Assembly: GCF_024521635.1 (NCBI RefSeq)
Contig: NW_026250424.1
Location: 496,001 to 560,000 of the forward strand
Direction of reading: 5' to 3'
Length of the DNA: 64,000 nucleotides
DNA from: Tricharina praecox
Taxonomy: Eukaryota
In this document: one piece after another, positions 13,651 through 25,269 of the stretch
How positions within the stretch are numbered: position 1 is the stretch's first letter
Layout of the letters: every line of letters starts with the position of its first letter
The notes under the pieces: generated by a model
What the model was told of the DNA's origin: nothing
Databases searched by the model: none
The model's input: the letters and a program-made list of their open reading frames with translations, nothing else
Translations under genes and position numbers: made by a program

Positions 13651-15010
13651 GGGGGGGTCATCAATTTTATTTCGCATCTATGAGCCTTTATAAGACCATG
13701 GTGAACACCAACTACACAACCAACCCTACTCCGTCCGCGAGTCTACATAGCTATGCAGCTCTCCCTATTGCCCTACTAGCCCAATCGACCCCTCCCACCT
13801 CCTCCTCCCGGTTTTTTCAGATTCATCTTCCTCCTCAGAAGCAGACTCATCTCCTCCTCCTTCCCCTTTTTTACCCGTAGCCTGCCCTTCTTCCCACGTC
13901 GGTGGCCTTTAGAAATGGAGATTCCAGAATTGCCGTTGCGTCGTGCACCTCTCGTCCGACGTCCGCAAACAAATCCGCGATTCGAAACCGATCTCGTCCA
14001 CACTATGCCCAGTCTTCAACTGGTAATACCTGGATGCGGTAATCTTCTTTGACTTTGCTGCGGCTGCAGTGGGTCAGGCCGGTTTTATGCCACTTAATGC
14101 GACACTTGACATTGTAAATTGGGTTGGATTGGCTATCCGTGAATACGCCCAGTCATTTGCTTCCTTCCACTGCTTTGGACAGCATAGCATGCGCCATTGG
14201 GCGCAGGTTGGGGAAACGTTTTCCTTGTTGCTGGCTGGCTGACCCCCGGGGGTTCAAGCCACCGTTCGATCCCCAGCCGACATGGCTGGGATGGCAAGCG
14301 CCATTCGGCTAAGTTGAAGCTTGGAGAGACGTTGCTATTGTTGGCTGGCTGACCCCGGGGGGTTCAAGCCAGCATTCGAGCCCCAGCCGACATGGCTGGG
14401 ATGGACATAATGATGTCAAGCGCCATTCGGCCCAAATTGAAGCTTAGAGAAACGTTGCTGTTACTGGCTGGCCCCGGGGGGTTCAAGCCACCACTCGATC
14501 GGCCGGAACCCAACCAGACTGTTTCGAACATTCCTCTCCACAGAGGGGTGGTGAATCCCCGGCCCCACTCTGCGCCGCCCAGCACTCCTCGGCTGGGTAT
14601 TTCTCCGCTTCGTTTCCTGGTTCTCGTCGGGAGATGCGCTGTCCGTATCCATTGTGGTCCATGAACTGCTGCTGGAGGTTGAGTCGGGGATGTTTCTGGT
14701 GGTGGTTTGTGGTGGGGAGTTCGGGCTATCGGTGTCGATGGGCTGAAGAGATGGAGGTGCAGTGGTGATGTTGCGATTGGGGATGACGTGGAAACCGGTG
14801 GAAGCTCTCGGGTGGTGGGCTGCGTTGCGTAAAGACTCTAGTGAGCAGTGGTGTAGTGATGTGGGTGTGGTGGTGCTCTAGCGAGCTGAAGGTTTCCGTG
14901 GTAGGTAGCTTTGGTAGCTGTGTTGTGTTGTGTTGTGTAGGGTAGATGGGGAGAAGAGAAGAGCAGGAGGTGGAGTGGTGGAAGGGAGGGAGCTGTTATG
15001 TGGAAGTGCG
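13651..15010 (-). mobile_element. Degenerate, internally deleted non-LTR retrotransposon (LINE, Tad1-like), copy A
   Basis: Minus strand near 14000-14165 reads EANDWAYSR...KKITASRYYQLKTGH, homologous to copy B. It shares the 3' end (plus strand gggggtcatcaat...tttcgc) and the 5' block (gagctgaaggtttc...gtagctttggtagctgtgttgtgttgtg...tatgtggaagtgc) with copy B. Confidence 0.75.
14231..14500. repeat. Tandem repeat, ~112-123 bp unit, ~2.3 copies, inside LINE copy A
   Basis: ctggctg(a/g)cccc-ggggg-ttcaagcca recurs at ~14231, ~14343 and ~14464. ccccagccgacatggctgggatgg and caagcgccattcggc each occur twice. Confidence 0.85.
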
Positions 15011-15169
15011 GGCTTAGAATTGTCGTGAGTGTTGGCACTAGTAAGCGGCGAATGTTTGGTCCTGGATGACCATGACGATCACTCAAACTTCTAGACACCT
15101 CCTCGGCGGCTAGTCCACCAAAACATACTAGACGGTTGCTCGAACGGCATCGACTGGTTCCCGACAAAT

Positions 15170-16880
15170 GGGGGGTCATCAATCTCATTTCGCGTCTATA
15201 AGCCTGTCAAGACTACGGCGAAGCGCCAACAACACCAACCCAAATACGTCCGCGAGTCTATCTATACGGCTCTCCCTGTTCCCCTACTGGCCCAATCAAT
15301 GATGATTCTAGAACACCATCGCCACCATCTTCCACCACTACCAACTCCCTTTCCACCTCTACCGATTCATCTTCCTCCTCAGAAGCAGACCCATCACGTC
15401 CTTCCTCCCATTCCTTTTCCCCGGCCTTCCGTCCCACACTGGTAGCCTCCAGAAACGCAAGTACTGCCACAGCACACCCATCGTCTTCCACACTTTGTTT
15501 GTGCTCTGACTTCCTTCCACAGCGTCTTTGTTGCTCCCGCCATGCAGTGCATACCTTGAACAAGTGTTCCCGTGTTTGAGTAGCCCAGGATTTGTGGCAC
15601 CACCAGCACGAATCATCTTCTCGGCTGCCGATCCGTTTCCAATACTGCCCGGTGAGGGCATGTCTAGTCTTCGGCTGGTAGTATCGGGACGTAGCAGTTT
15701 TCTTTGCCTTTGCTACGGCTGCTGCTGGGTCTGGCGGACTTTCCAGCCGATGCCGAAGCTCATGCCGATGCCGATGCCGATGCCGATGCCGGTGCTGATG
15801 CCGCAGCAATTGCCGAAAAGGAAAGGAAACGGGCAAAGAAAAAGATCTCCCCCAGTATGTAGGTGCACCGAAACTGAAACTGAACCGGTGCCCGATGTCG
15901 ACGCCGATGTCGATACCAGATGCCGATGCCACTTACGACGCTTGACATTTTAAATCGGGTTGGTCATCCGTGAATAAGCCCAATTATTTGCTTCCTGCAT
16001 CCTCTTGCTTGCAGCCTGTGCAGCCTGTGTATCCGTAAAAATTGTGATTTTCGACACTCGATGCTGTTTCCGGCCAACACGGCCAACAGGGAGCAAGAAC
16101 CGTGTTGCTGCTCTTTCTTTCTTTCTCCGTGTGTGTGAGGTAGTGCTCCGACGATTGCAGCACATTCTGCATTGTAGGCCTCCTGGTTGTATCCTAAATG
16201 AACTTTGTGTCCCTTCCACACTCCGGTGTTATTTTTCCATGCGACGGCATAGCCACATGTCCCCTCTTCGGTACGTGAACCATCTATTTATAGGATTACC
16301 CCATCTATCCGAGTTTCTGCTTCCATCTTTGCCATTCCGCGTTCCTCAACTGTTATCTCGGCTTGTAGGCGTTCTTCCCCACACACTACAGTGCGCTCAC
16401 GGTGGCCACCTCCATCTGGTCCCAACCAGGTGGTGAGACGTTTGCCGAGCTCACTTCTCCCACCAATAATCTCCCCGGCTCCATCACCCTGGGGGTAAAT
16501 ATGCAAGCCGTAGTGCAAATCGCCGTGCGCGGTTGTTGAGTAGTGATGTCGCACATCTCAGACCGGCCCCCAACATCAGTTCGCCTTGGTTGGTAAACCG
16601 GAAACACCCCGTTATTTCGCGAGCCTGTTGGTTCATCAGCTTCTGTAGATCGGCTACTTTTCCGACGGTGCCATGGACTGCCGGGTGGTGAGCTGCGTCA
16701 CTGCGTTGCATAAAAGCTCCGGTGAGCTGTGGTGTGGTGTGGTGATGCTCAAGTGAGCTGAAGGTTTCGGTGGTAGCTTTGGTAGCTGTGTTGTGTTGTG
16801 CAAAGAAGACGGTGGAAGATAAGAAAAGAGCAGGAGGTGGAGTGGTGGATGGGAGGGTCGTTTTATGTGGAAGTGCAAGT
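15170..16880 (-). mobile_element. Degenerate, internally deleted LINE (Tad1-like), copy B, with post-RT, RNase H and C-terminal Cys/His remnants
   Basis: LQKLMNQQAREITGCFRFTNQGELMLGAGL (post-RT region), HLGYNQEAYNAECAAIVGAL and ITIFTDTQAA (RNase H), TRHALTGQYWKRIGSREDDSCWWC...QTREHLFKVC (zinc-knuckle region). Several frameshifts and stops. Confidence 0.85.
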
Positions 16881-17006
16881 GCCTTCGCGAGTGACTTCAC
16901 GAGACGCGCGTGTAATTGGTTGACTAGTGGCTTGGCAAAGTTTCGCCGACGCGAAAACCACTATTTAGTCGTGACCTCTCACACTTCTTCTCCTCTTCTT
17001 CTCGGT

Positions 17007-17388
17007 AGGCGCTCCTGTCAAGGCTGTGTTTCTGTGCCACAAACCGACACTTCTTCTTCACGGAAGTTCGTGTCACCCTTTTTGCACATGAGAAATTCGG
17101 AGGAATCTTCAAGCACCGCACCGGCAGTGCTCTTTCGAGGGAGCTGCTGGCCGCCCGCGAGGGCCTGGCGTGACTCACGTCTGCAACGGGCATCAGAAAA
17201 TCAAGGGCCCTCGTTCCGCCGCCTCTTCGGAGGTGGTGGCTTTGAGGTCACCCTGTGGAAGCTCTTGCGAAGATTGTGGATGAAGCCATCTTAGTGCAAT
17301 ACACAGCGTGCCCGTTCCCGGGATGTCTCTTCGGAGGCTGATCGGGGATGGGCATAATTCGATTCCGATTATTCTGACGGGAGCGCCT
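17007..17388 (+). ncRNA. RPR1: Nuclear RNase P RNA
   Basis: P1 is aggcgctcctgtca (17007-17020) paired with tgacgggagcgcct (17375-17388). P2 is gctgtgt/acacagc. CR-I gagaaattcggagg pairs with CR-V attcgattccgatta (P4). CR-II cagaaa, CR-III tgtggaa and CR-IV agtgcaat are present, along with UUCG and GCGA tetraloop hairpins. A T-run follows. Confidence 0.9.
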
Positions 17389-17394
17389 CCCCCC

Positions 17395-17402
17395 TTTTTT
17401 TT
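17395..17402 (+). terminator. Pol III-type oligo(T) terminator of the RNase P RNA gene
   Basis: T8 run starting 7 nt after the 3' strand of P1. Confidence 0.65.
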
Positions 17403-17862
17403 CCTTCAGGTCAGTCGCCAACACTCCAGCTGAAAGGGATTTTACTGACTGCGAGCGGGACGGGTGGAAAGCAGGAACGCGGGTGGTTGGGGCGGGCTGT
17501 CTACGGAGATGGCTGGTGGTGGTGGGATGCTTGTGTTGGTTTTGCTTTTTCGATTCTCACCAAATTTATGCTTCACCTCTCAATCCTCATGCCATGTTGT
17601 TTGCATACCGAAATTGACTTTCGTAATGGATCCCTCATACCTCGCCTTGAGGTTCTCATATTGTCTATTCCTCCCTCGGCTAGATGAGGGAAGCTGACGA
17701 CATGAGCATGCCGTCGGATAATTGCGGGGTCTGGTGTCTGCGACTCTGCGGCTGTAAACCCAATTCCAACTGTGGGGTCGCCGGCCATGGTGGTGTTGAG
17801 TGAAAAAAAAAAAGCTTTAAAATATAAACGAATAATGGCGAGCTCATTGAGACATCCTTCCA

Positions 17863-17869
17863 TGACTCA
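17863..17869 (+). promoter_or_regulatory. Gcn4/CpcA (cross-pathway control) site upstream of LYS2
   Basis: Perfect TGACTCA ~95 bp upstream of the LYS2 ATG, followed by a TATA-like ttataaa at ~17902. Confidence 0.6.
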
Positions 17870-17958
17870 ACAACCTCCCCCTCCACGAGTTCGTGACCCC
17901 CTTATAAACGCCTCGTCCGCGAAAGAATCGTCCGGAAGCTCGGTCAACCCCATCGAAC

Positions 17959-20900
17959 ATGGCGATTCAAGACAGCACCCTCGAAGCCCGCCTTGAGCGC
18001 TGGGAGCAGCGTCTACGCTCCATCACCACCCAGTCCCTGACCACCGACTACGTCAGACCTACAGAGGGAACCCGAATCGTCGAAGCTGTACACTCGGTGA
18101 CTCTGCCAGAGGATGCCCGAACTGCCCTCTTGAAGTTGTCGATCCTCGACGGCAAGAACAGCGTCTCTCCCTTCACCGTGCTGCTTGCGGCCTTCGCGGT
18201 TTTGGCTGCTCGCTTGACTGGCGACGAAGATATCTCGATTGGAACCTCCGGCGAGAGCAAGGAACCTTTCGTTCTCCGGTTGCCAATTGATCCCAAGACT
18301 ACCTTCGACTCTTTGCTGTCGACCATCAGAGATGTCCTTGCGCCCACCCCCACCACCCCGCACCAAGCCTGTTTGCGGGTATGCTGCTGACATCTGCCCC
18401 ACGTAGTTGGAATCCGAAGGTACCGCTGATTCGGTCCCTCTTCTGGACCTGATCCGCCACCTCCAGACCAAGTCCAAGGCGCCCAAGCCTCCCCGCCTCT
18501 TCAACATTTCCCTCTACCATGCGCCGGATGCGCCCTCCAAGCAGTTCCTCTCGTCGAACGAGTTGAACACGGACCTCAGTATCTACGTCGAAATCAGCGC
18601 CCCACCACAGTCGGCAAGTCTGCGATACGTGCCGCAAATTCCCGAAATCACACTGAGCGCGCATTACAATCAGCGGATATTCTCGACCAAGCGTATTGCT
18701 ACCATGGTGGACCAGCTTCTGCAGATCGTGCAAGTGGGCGCTGCGGACGCGCACATCGAGTGCGGATCCATTCCGTTGATGACTCCCGAGCAGAAGAAGA
18801 TCCTTCCTGACCCAACTCGGGATCTTCACTGGGGCGAGTTCCGCGGTGCCATCCACGACATCTTCTCCGCGAATGCCAAGAAGCACCCTGGCCGGGAGTG
18901 CGTGGTCGAGACTGCCGATATCCACGATTCGAACAGCAAGACGCGCGTGTTTACCTACCAGCAGATTGACGAGGCTTCTAATATTCTTGCGCATCACTTT
19001 GTGGCCAAGGGCATCAAGAGGGGAGATGTCATCATGGTCTATGCCTACAGGGGTGTTGATCTCGTGGTGGCGGTCATGGGTGTTTTGAAGGCGGGCGCGA
19101 CGTTCTCAGTGATCGATCCCGCATACCCTCCTGCTCGGCAGAACATCTACCTTCAGGTTGCTCAGCCAAGGGCCCTGGTGGTCATTGAGAAGGCTGGCAA
19201 GCTTGCAAGCACTGTGCGCGACTACCTGGACGAGCTGCACATCCTGACGGAAGTCCCCGCCCTGGCTATCCAGGACGATGGCAGCCTTGTTGGAGGTCAG
19301 GTCGAGGGCGTGGAAGTGCTTGCCGAGCAGGTTGCTCTCAAGTCCCAAGGCACTGGTGTCATTGTGGGACCCGACTCCAACCCCACTCTCAGTTTTACTT
19401 CTGGCAGTGAGGGTATCCCTAAGGGTGTTCGAGGTCGTCACTTCAGTTTGACCTACTACTTCCCCTGGATGGCGGAGACGTTCGGGCTGTCGGAGAACGA
19501 CCGGTTCACAATGTTGAGCGGTATCGCTCACGATCCGATTCAGCGCGACATCTTCACACCGCTGTTCTTGGGTGCCAGGCTGCTGGTCCCGACCGCTGAT
19601 GATATTGGAACCCCCGGTAGACTTGCCGAATGGATGGACGAGAACGGAGCTACCATCACTCACTTGACACCTGCCATGGGTCAATTACTCTCCGCCCAGG
19701 CGGAACGCTCCATCCCGTCGCTGCACCATGCGTTCTTTGTCGGCGATATCCTGACCAAGCGTGACTGCCTGCGACTGCAGAAACTCGCACGGAATGTTGC
19801 CGTAGTGAACATGTACGGAACCACCGAAACACAACGTGCTGTCTCCTACTTCGAGGTTCCTTCTCTGAACGCCGACCCCACCTTCTCCCAGTCGCAGAAG
19901 GACGTCATTGCGGCCGGAAAGGGTATGCTTGACGTTCAGCTGCTGGTGGTAAACCGACACAACCGCGAGCAGGTATGTGGTGTCGGCGAGATCGGTGAAA
20001 TCTACGTTAGAGCGGGTGGTTTGGCCGAGGGCTACCTACGGCTTCCGGAGATGACCGCTACGAAGTTTATCAGCAACTGGTTTGTGTCAGAGGATGAGTG
20101 GAAGGCGAAGGACGTCAACAACGGAGAGCAATGGAGGGAGCTTTACTTTGGTCCTCGTGACCGGATGTACCGGACTGGAGATCTTGGCCGTTACACGCCC
20201 GACGGTAACGTCGAATGTAGCGGACGTGCCGACGATCAAGTCAAAATCCGTGGCTTCCGCATCGAGTTGGGTGAGATCGATACACATCTGTCTCAGCACC
20301 CGTTGGTGCGTGAGAATGTCACTCTAGTCCGAAGGGACAAGGACGAGGAGCCTACACTGATTTCGTATGTCGTGCCTCTGCAATCGGAGGACCTCGATGG
20401 ACTCGTCAGCGCCGACGAGACGTCTACGGAAGGTGCCGAGGGAGACGAGATCGTCCAAGGTCTCCGAAGGTACCGTCGATTGATTACCGAGATCAAGGGA
20501 TACTTGAAGAAGCGTCTGCCCTCGTACGCGGTTCCTACCGTGGTTGTGCCTCTCACCAGACTGCCATTGAACCCCAACGGCAAGGTCGACAAGCCAGCAC
20601 TTCCCTTCCCCGATACCGCACAGATTGCTGCCGCCGCCCGCCGCAGGAAGGTTCACCATGGCGATACTGGTGTACCGCAATTGACTCCGGTTCAGAAACA
20701 GCTCAAGGACATCTGGCAGAGCCTCTTACCCCACGCTACGGAGGAACTGGCATTGACCGATAACTTCTTCGATCTCGGTGGTCACTCGATTCTTGCTACC
20801 CGCATGATTTTCGAGATTCGGAAGAGATTCGTGACAGATATTGCTCTGGGCGCCATCTTCAAGCACCCAACTCTCGGTGGTCTGGCAACGGAGATCGACA

Positions 20901-22439
20901 GGATCAGGACCGGTGGTGATAACGACATCGGCATCCAGAACATCGGCACCGGCGTACCAACGGCCGAGGAGGAGTCTAAGGTTGAAGACTATGCGGGCGA
21001 TGCCCGCGCACTGGCCAAGGAACTCTCAGAGAAGTACCTGCCGTCGCGCGATGTGGTAATCTCTGGTGGTGTCACCGTGTTCCTCACTGGTGCAACCGGA
21101 TTCTTGGGTGCATACTTGTTGCGCGAGCTTCTCAAGCGCACCAATCCTCAGGTCAAGAAGGTTATTACCCATGTCCGAGCTTCCGATGCCGCACAGGCTT
21201 TGAGCCGTGTCAAGAAGAGTTGCGAGGCCTACGGTGTTTGGGATGAGGCTTGGAGTAGCAGGGTCGAGGCCGTGACTGGTTCATTGGGAGAGGACAAGCT
21301 CGGAATGAGTGACGAGGACTTCGAGAGGGTCGCCGAGGAGGTGGATGTCATTATTCACAACGGAGCTCAGGTAAAGTCATCAAAATCACGATAAACAGAC
21401 GTGTTAATTTTTTCAGGTTCACTGGGTCTACCCCTACTCGAAGCTTCGACCAGCCAACGTCAAAGGAACTATCGATGCGCTGGCGCTGTGCGCCAAGGGC
21501 AAGCCCAAGTCATTCGCTTTTGTGTCGTCAACCTCCGTCTTGGATACCGACCACTTCGTCCGCCTTTCCGACACCATCCTCGAAGCCGGCGGTGCTGGTA
21601 TTCCCGAGTCGGATGATCTGGAAGGATCTGCTACCGGTCTCGGAACCGGTTACGGACAGAGTAAGTGGGTTGGTGAGTACCTCGTTCGCGAGGCAGGCCG
21701 CCGCGGTCTCGACGGATGCGTCATCAGACCCGGATACATCACTGGTGATTCGCAGACTGGTGTTATCAACACCGATGACTTCCTGATGCGCATGCTCAAG
21801 GGTTGCGCCCAGCTCGGCCAGATGCCTGATATCTACAACACCGTCAATATGGTTCCTGTGGACCACGTTGCCCGCGTTGTCGTGGCATGTGCGGTTTCTC
21901 CCCCGGTTGCGCCACTGGCTGTCGCTCAGGTTACGGGCCACCCGCGGTTGAGGATGAACGAGTTCCTGGGGACTTTGGCTACGTACGGATACGATGTCAA
22001 GACGGTCGACTACATTCCATGGCGCATGGCCCTTGAGAACTATGTCATGGGCGAGTCCAAGGACAATGCTCTGTGAGTTTCCACCGGTATTTCCGTTGAT
22101 TTCAGTTGTGTTTGGTTCTAACGGAGAATTCGTAGGTTCCCGCTCTTGCACTTCGTTCTTGACGATCTCCCATCTGGCTCCAAGGCGCCGGAGCTCGACG
22201 ACTCAAACGCGGTCATCTCGCTCAAGAAGGATGCGCAGTGGACTAAGGAGGATTGGTCGCAAGGTGCGGGTATTAGTGTCGAGACCATGGGTGTTTACAT
22301 TGCGTACCTGACAGCGATTGGGTTCCTGCCGAAGCCGCAGGGCAAGGGTGAGCGCGAACTGCCCAACTTCACTCTGTCGGCCGAGGCTCTGCAGAGCTTG
22401 AACTCGGTCGGCGGACGTGGAGGTGCTGGAGCTGCGTAA
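17959..22439 (+). CDS. LYS2: L-2-aminoadipate reductase (adenylation-PCP-reductase)
   Basis: Motifs [48 protein letters not shown] (phosphopantetheine Ser), [11 protein letters not shown] and GYGQSKW. Introns 18334-18406, 21371-21416 and 22073-22135. Confidence 0.97.
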
Positions 22440-23060
22440 GATTTTTGTCACGTAGCGGATATCTTTCTTTCTTTTCGTCACGTACCGGATATAGCATCTT
22501 TTTTACTTTAGTCATGTGTACTCTAGAAATTGATATCGGAAAGCTGGTCGATCACGTGGAATTATCCCGTCTTTTTGACTAGCTTGAAAACACTTTGAAC
22601 AAGATTTCAAGAGACATCCCGAAAAGAGTAACTTTGTGACCGTAAATATGTGGATATGAATGGAGGAACTGCTCGCGTGCATTGTCAGTTTGCCCTGCTC
22701 GATGATGGGATTGTAAGCTACATGAGCAGAAATTACCAGAAGATGACATAAGACAGATGTATGCGATAGTTACCCCCGCCATGCTAGCCCGTCGGCTTTT
22801 TGTCGGTGTTTCGCCATGGTTCCATAGGCTCCTCTGCAGCAAAAAAATAGCCGTACCTTTAATTGAATTACCAATTGGCCACTAATGGCGTACATAATCC
22901 GACGCGCTAGCGATAACTCCGCTAGGGTGGCGGGTGGTGCACCTCTCCCCTCTTACCAAGAATACTAATCCCCGATCTTCTTCCTAAAGAGATCCCTCGC
23001 AAACCCCACCCCACACACAAACTCGACCCAGCTGCTGCTGACAGCACATTCGAACCGAGG

Positions 23061-24480
23061 ATGCCGCCCGCGACCGAGAACCCCAATCCGTCCCCAGACG
23101 ACCTTCTCCTCCCTCCTCCTCTTCCTTCTGATACTCCTCCACTACCGCCTTCCTCACCTTTAGTACGGCGCCTCATTGCAACCTCACAACCTACTTCGCC
23201 AGACATTATGCCCTCCCTCATATCCCCGATGCCCCAGCTATTCGGATCCGGCTACATCAGTGCGCGTGACCTCTCTCCCTCCCCAGCTCCTCCCATGTCG
23301 CGCACCGAGTCATTGCGCTCTCTCGAAGGTGGATGGGGAGGAAGCAATTCTCCAGGTGGCAGTGGAGCTGTTCCTAGCATCATCAGCCCCGCATTCACTC
23401 CTGCTACGTCGATGCCCGGAACGCCAATGCTCGGCCCGCAGCCAGGAATTCCGGTCGACCACAATGCGCCTACTGAGGTCACCAAGAAACTGATGAAAGA
23501 GCTTCCGAATGTCCAGTGCATAGTGCGCGCCAGGATACCGACGTAAGTTCTTGAGTTCCTGACTTCCGGCCTATACCCGCGACACATTACCCTACACCCT
23601 CAATGCTCCTGCACAGGACTCTCAATGCTGACAGTGTCTCTTAAAAAAGCACGAACGGGTCAGAGATCTTTCTTCATCTATACCAGAATAATATCGATCA
23701 AAAAGAGCACCTTGCCATAGTATTCGGAGACAAGATCAGATCCAAGAGTCTCGATGAGCCTCGGCCGGGAGAGACGGAAATGGACCGCATGATCCGCGGC
23801 GCTTATACCGGTCGTCTACATCCCGGACGTATGACTAGCAAGGATACGACGGGCAGAGACACCACGGCTACCGCGCCTCCATCCCCCGCCGACGGACAGC
23901 AGCAAAAGAACATCCCATTGGTCCGCATTCATTCTGAATGTTACACGGGAGAGATCGCGTGGTCCGCGCGTTGCGACTGTGGTGAACAGCTCGACGAGGC
24001 TGCACGTCTGATGTCGCTTGATCCGGCCGGCGGAGCCATCGTCTACCTGCGCCAGGAGGGACGTGGCATCGGTCTCGGCGAGAAGCTCAAGGCTTACAAT
24101 CTTCAAGATCTGGGCAACGACACTGTTCAAGCAAACCTCTTGTTGCGCCATCCCGCCGATGCTCGCAGCTATGGTCTCGCGACTGCCATCATTAGGGATC
24201 TGGAGCTCTCGGAGATCAGGCTGCTCACCAACAATCCCGACAAGATCGCTGCTGTCGAAGGCATGAACAAGGAGGTCACCGTTGTCGAGAGGGTACCCAT
24301 GATCCCCCTCGCGTGGAAGAACATGAAGGGTGGTGTTACCGGCAAGGAAGTCAGTGAATACCTCAAGACCAAGGTTTGTCCTCCACCCCCCCCCCCCCCC
24401 CATCATCCACATTCCCCGTGCTAACGAGTGAGAAGATCACCCAGATGGGCCACCTATTGTCAATGCCCGAAGGACACTAG
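23061..24480 (+). CDS. RIB1: GTP cyclohydrolase II (riboflavin synthesis)
   Basis: [66 protein letters not shown] and LLTNNPDK. Introns 23543-23649 and 24374-24435. Ends [11 protein letters not shown]. Confidence 0.95.
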
Positions 24481-25269
24481 CTCGGTTTCATATCCTCAAT
24501 ACTAAAACGGAGTCCACCTTGCTTTTTTGCTTTTTGTTGCTTTTTTTTGAGTGCGATTGGGGTTGTTTATCGTGTATACCGGGCGTTATCTGGCGTAGTT
24601 TCTGTAGTTTCTGATTTCTGATTTTTCATTACCTACGTACATTGCTTGTCGGATAGAAAAAATGAATTCTGTCTCCGTATCTGAAATTCTGAACGAGTGA
24701 TAGTTTGTGTTGAGGTGTGTTTGAGTTCCGGGGTGGGCGGCGGGTAGACATCCGTAATACGGAACGGGTGGTAGGTGGACATCCGTAATATGAACAAACA
24801 TCCGTAAAATAAGACTGCCCTGCCGAGCCGAGTTGTCACCCACCCGACGCACAGCACAGCACTCAACACGCCCCTCCACCGGGTTATCACTATCAGTACC
24901 CACTATCCGCTATCCGTCACCGAAACCGAGCCGACACCAACATCGACGGAAACCGTACCGCGGCCCGTCGCCCTTCAGACCGGATGACGGCGGGTGCCGA
25001 GGCGAATGACCAACGATGATCCCGGTGCTTCGCCGCTTCGGATCGTTACCACCGATAATTCCACAATGTTGCCTGTTGCCTGTAGGCATCCGTATGTATG
25101 TATGCCGGCGTTTCTCTGTCTCCTGCTGAGCTGTCTCATACCGGTACTGAGCTGTCGAGGGTGTTCCTCATACTCCCCCGGGAGTTGTTTGCGAGCTCGC
25201 CCTGAATGGGTTGTATGGATTGAATGGGGTGTTCCATCTCCTGGCCTCTACTATAGATTCCGTTACATG

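Noticed and set aside
14231..14500. CRISPR-like repeat-spacer array
   Set aside because: Eukaryotic context, the 'spacers' are themselves repeated, and there are no cas genes.
16770..17294. 174-aa ORF and the antisense 89-aa ORF
   Set aside because: They overlap the LINE 5' end and the RNase P RNA; spurious.
17959..24480. LYS2 (NRPS-like) plus neighbours as a secondary-metabolite cluster
   Set aside because: Motifs are those of the primary-metabolism aminoadipate reductase, and the neighbours are housekeeping genes.
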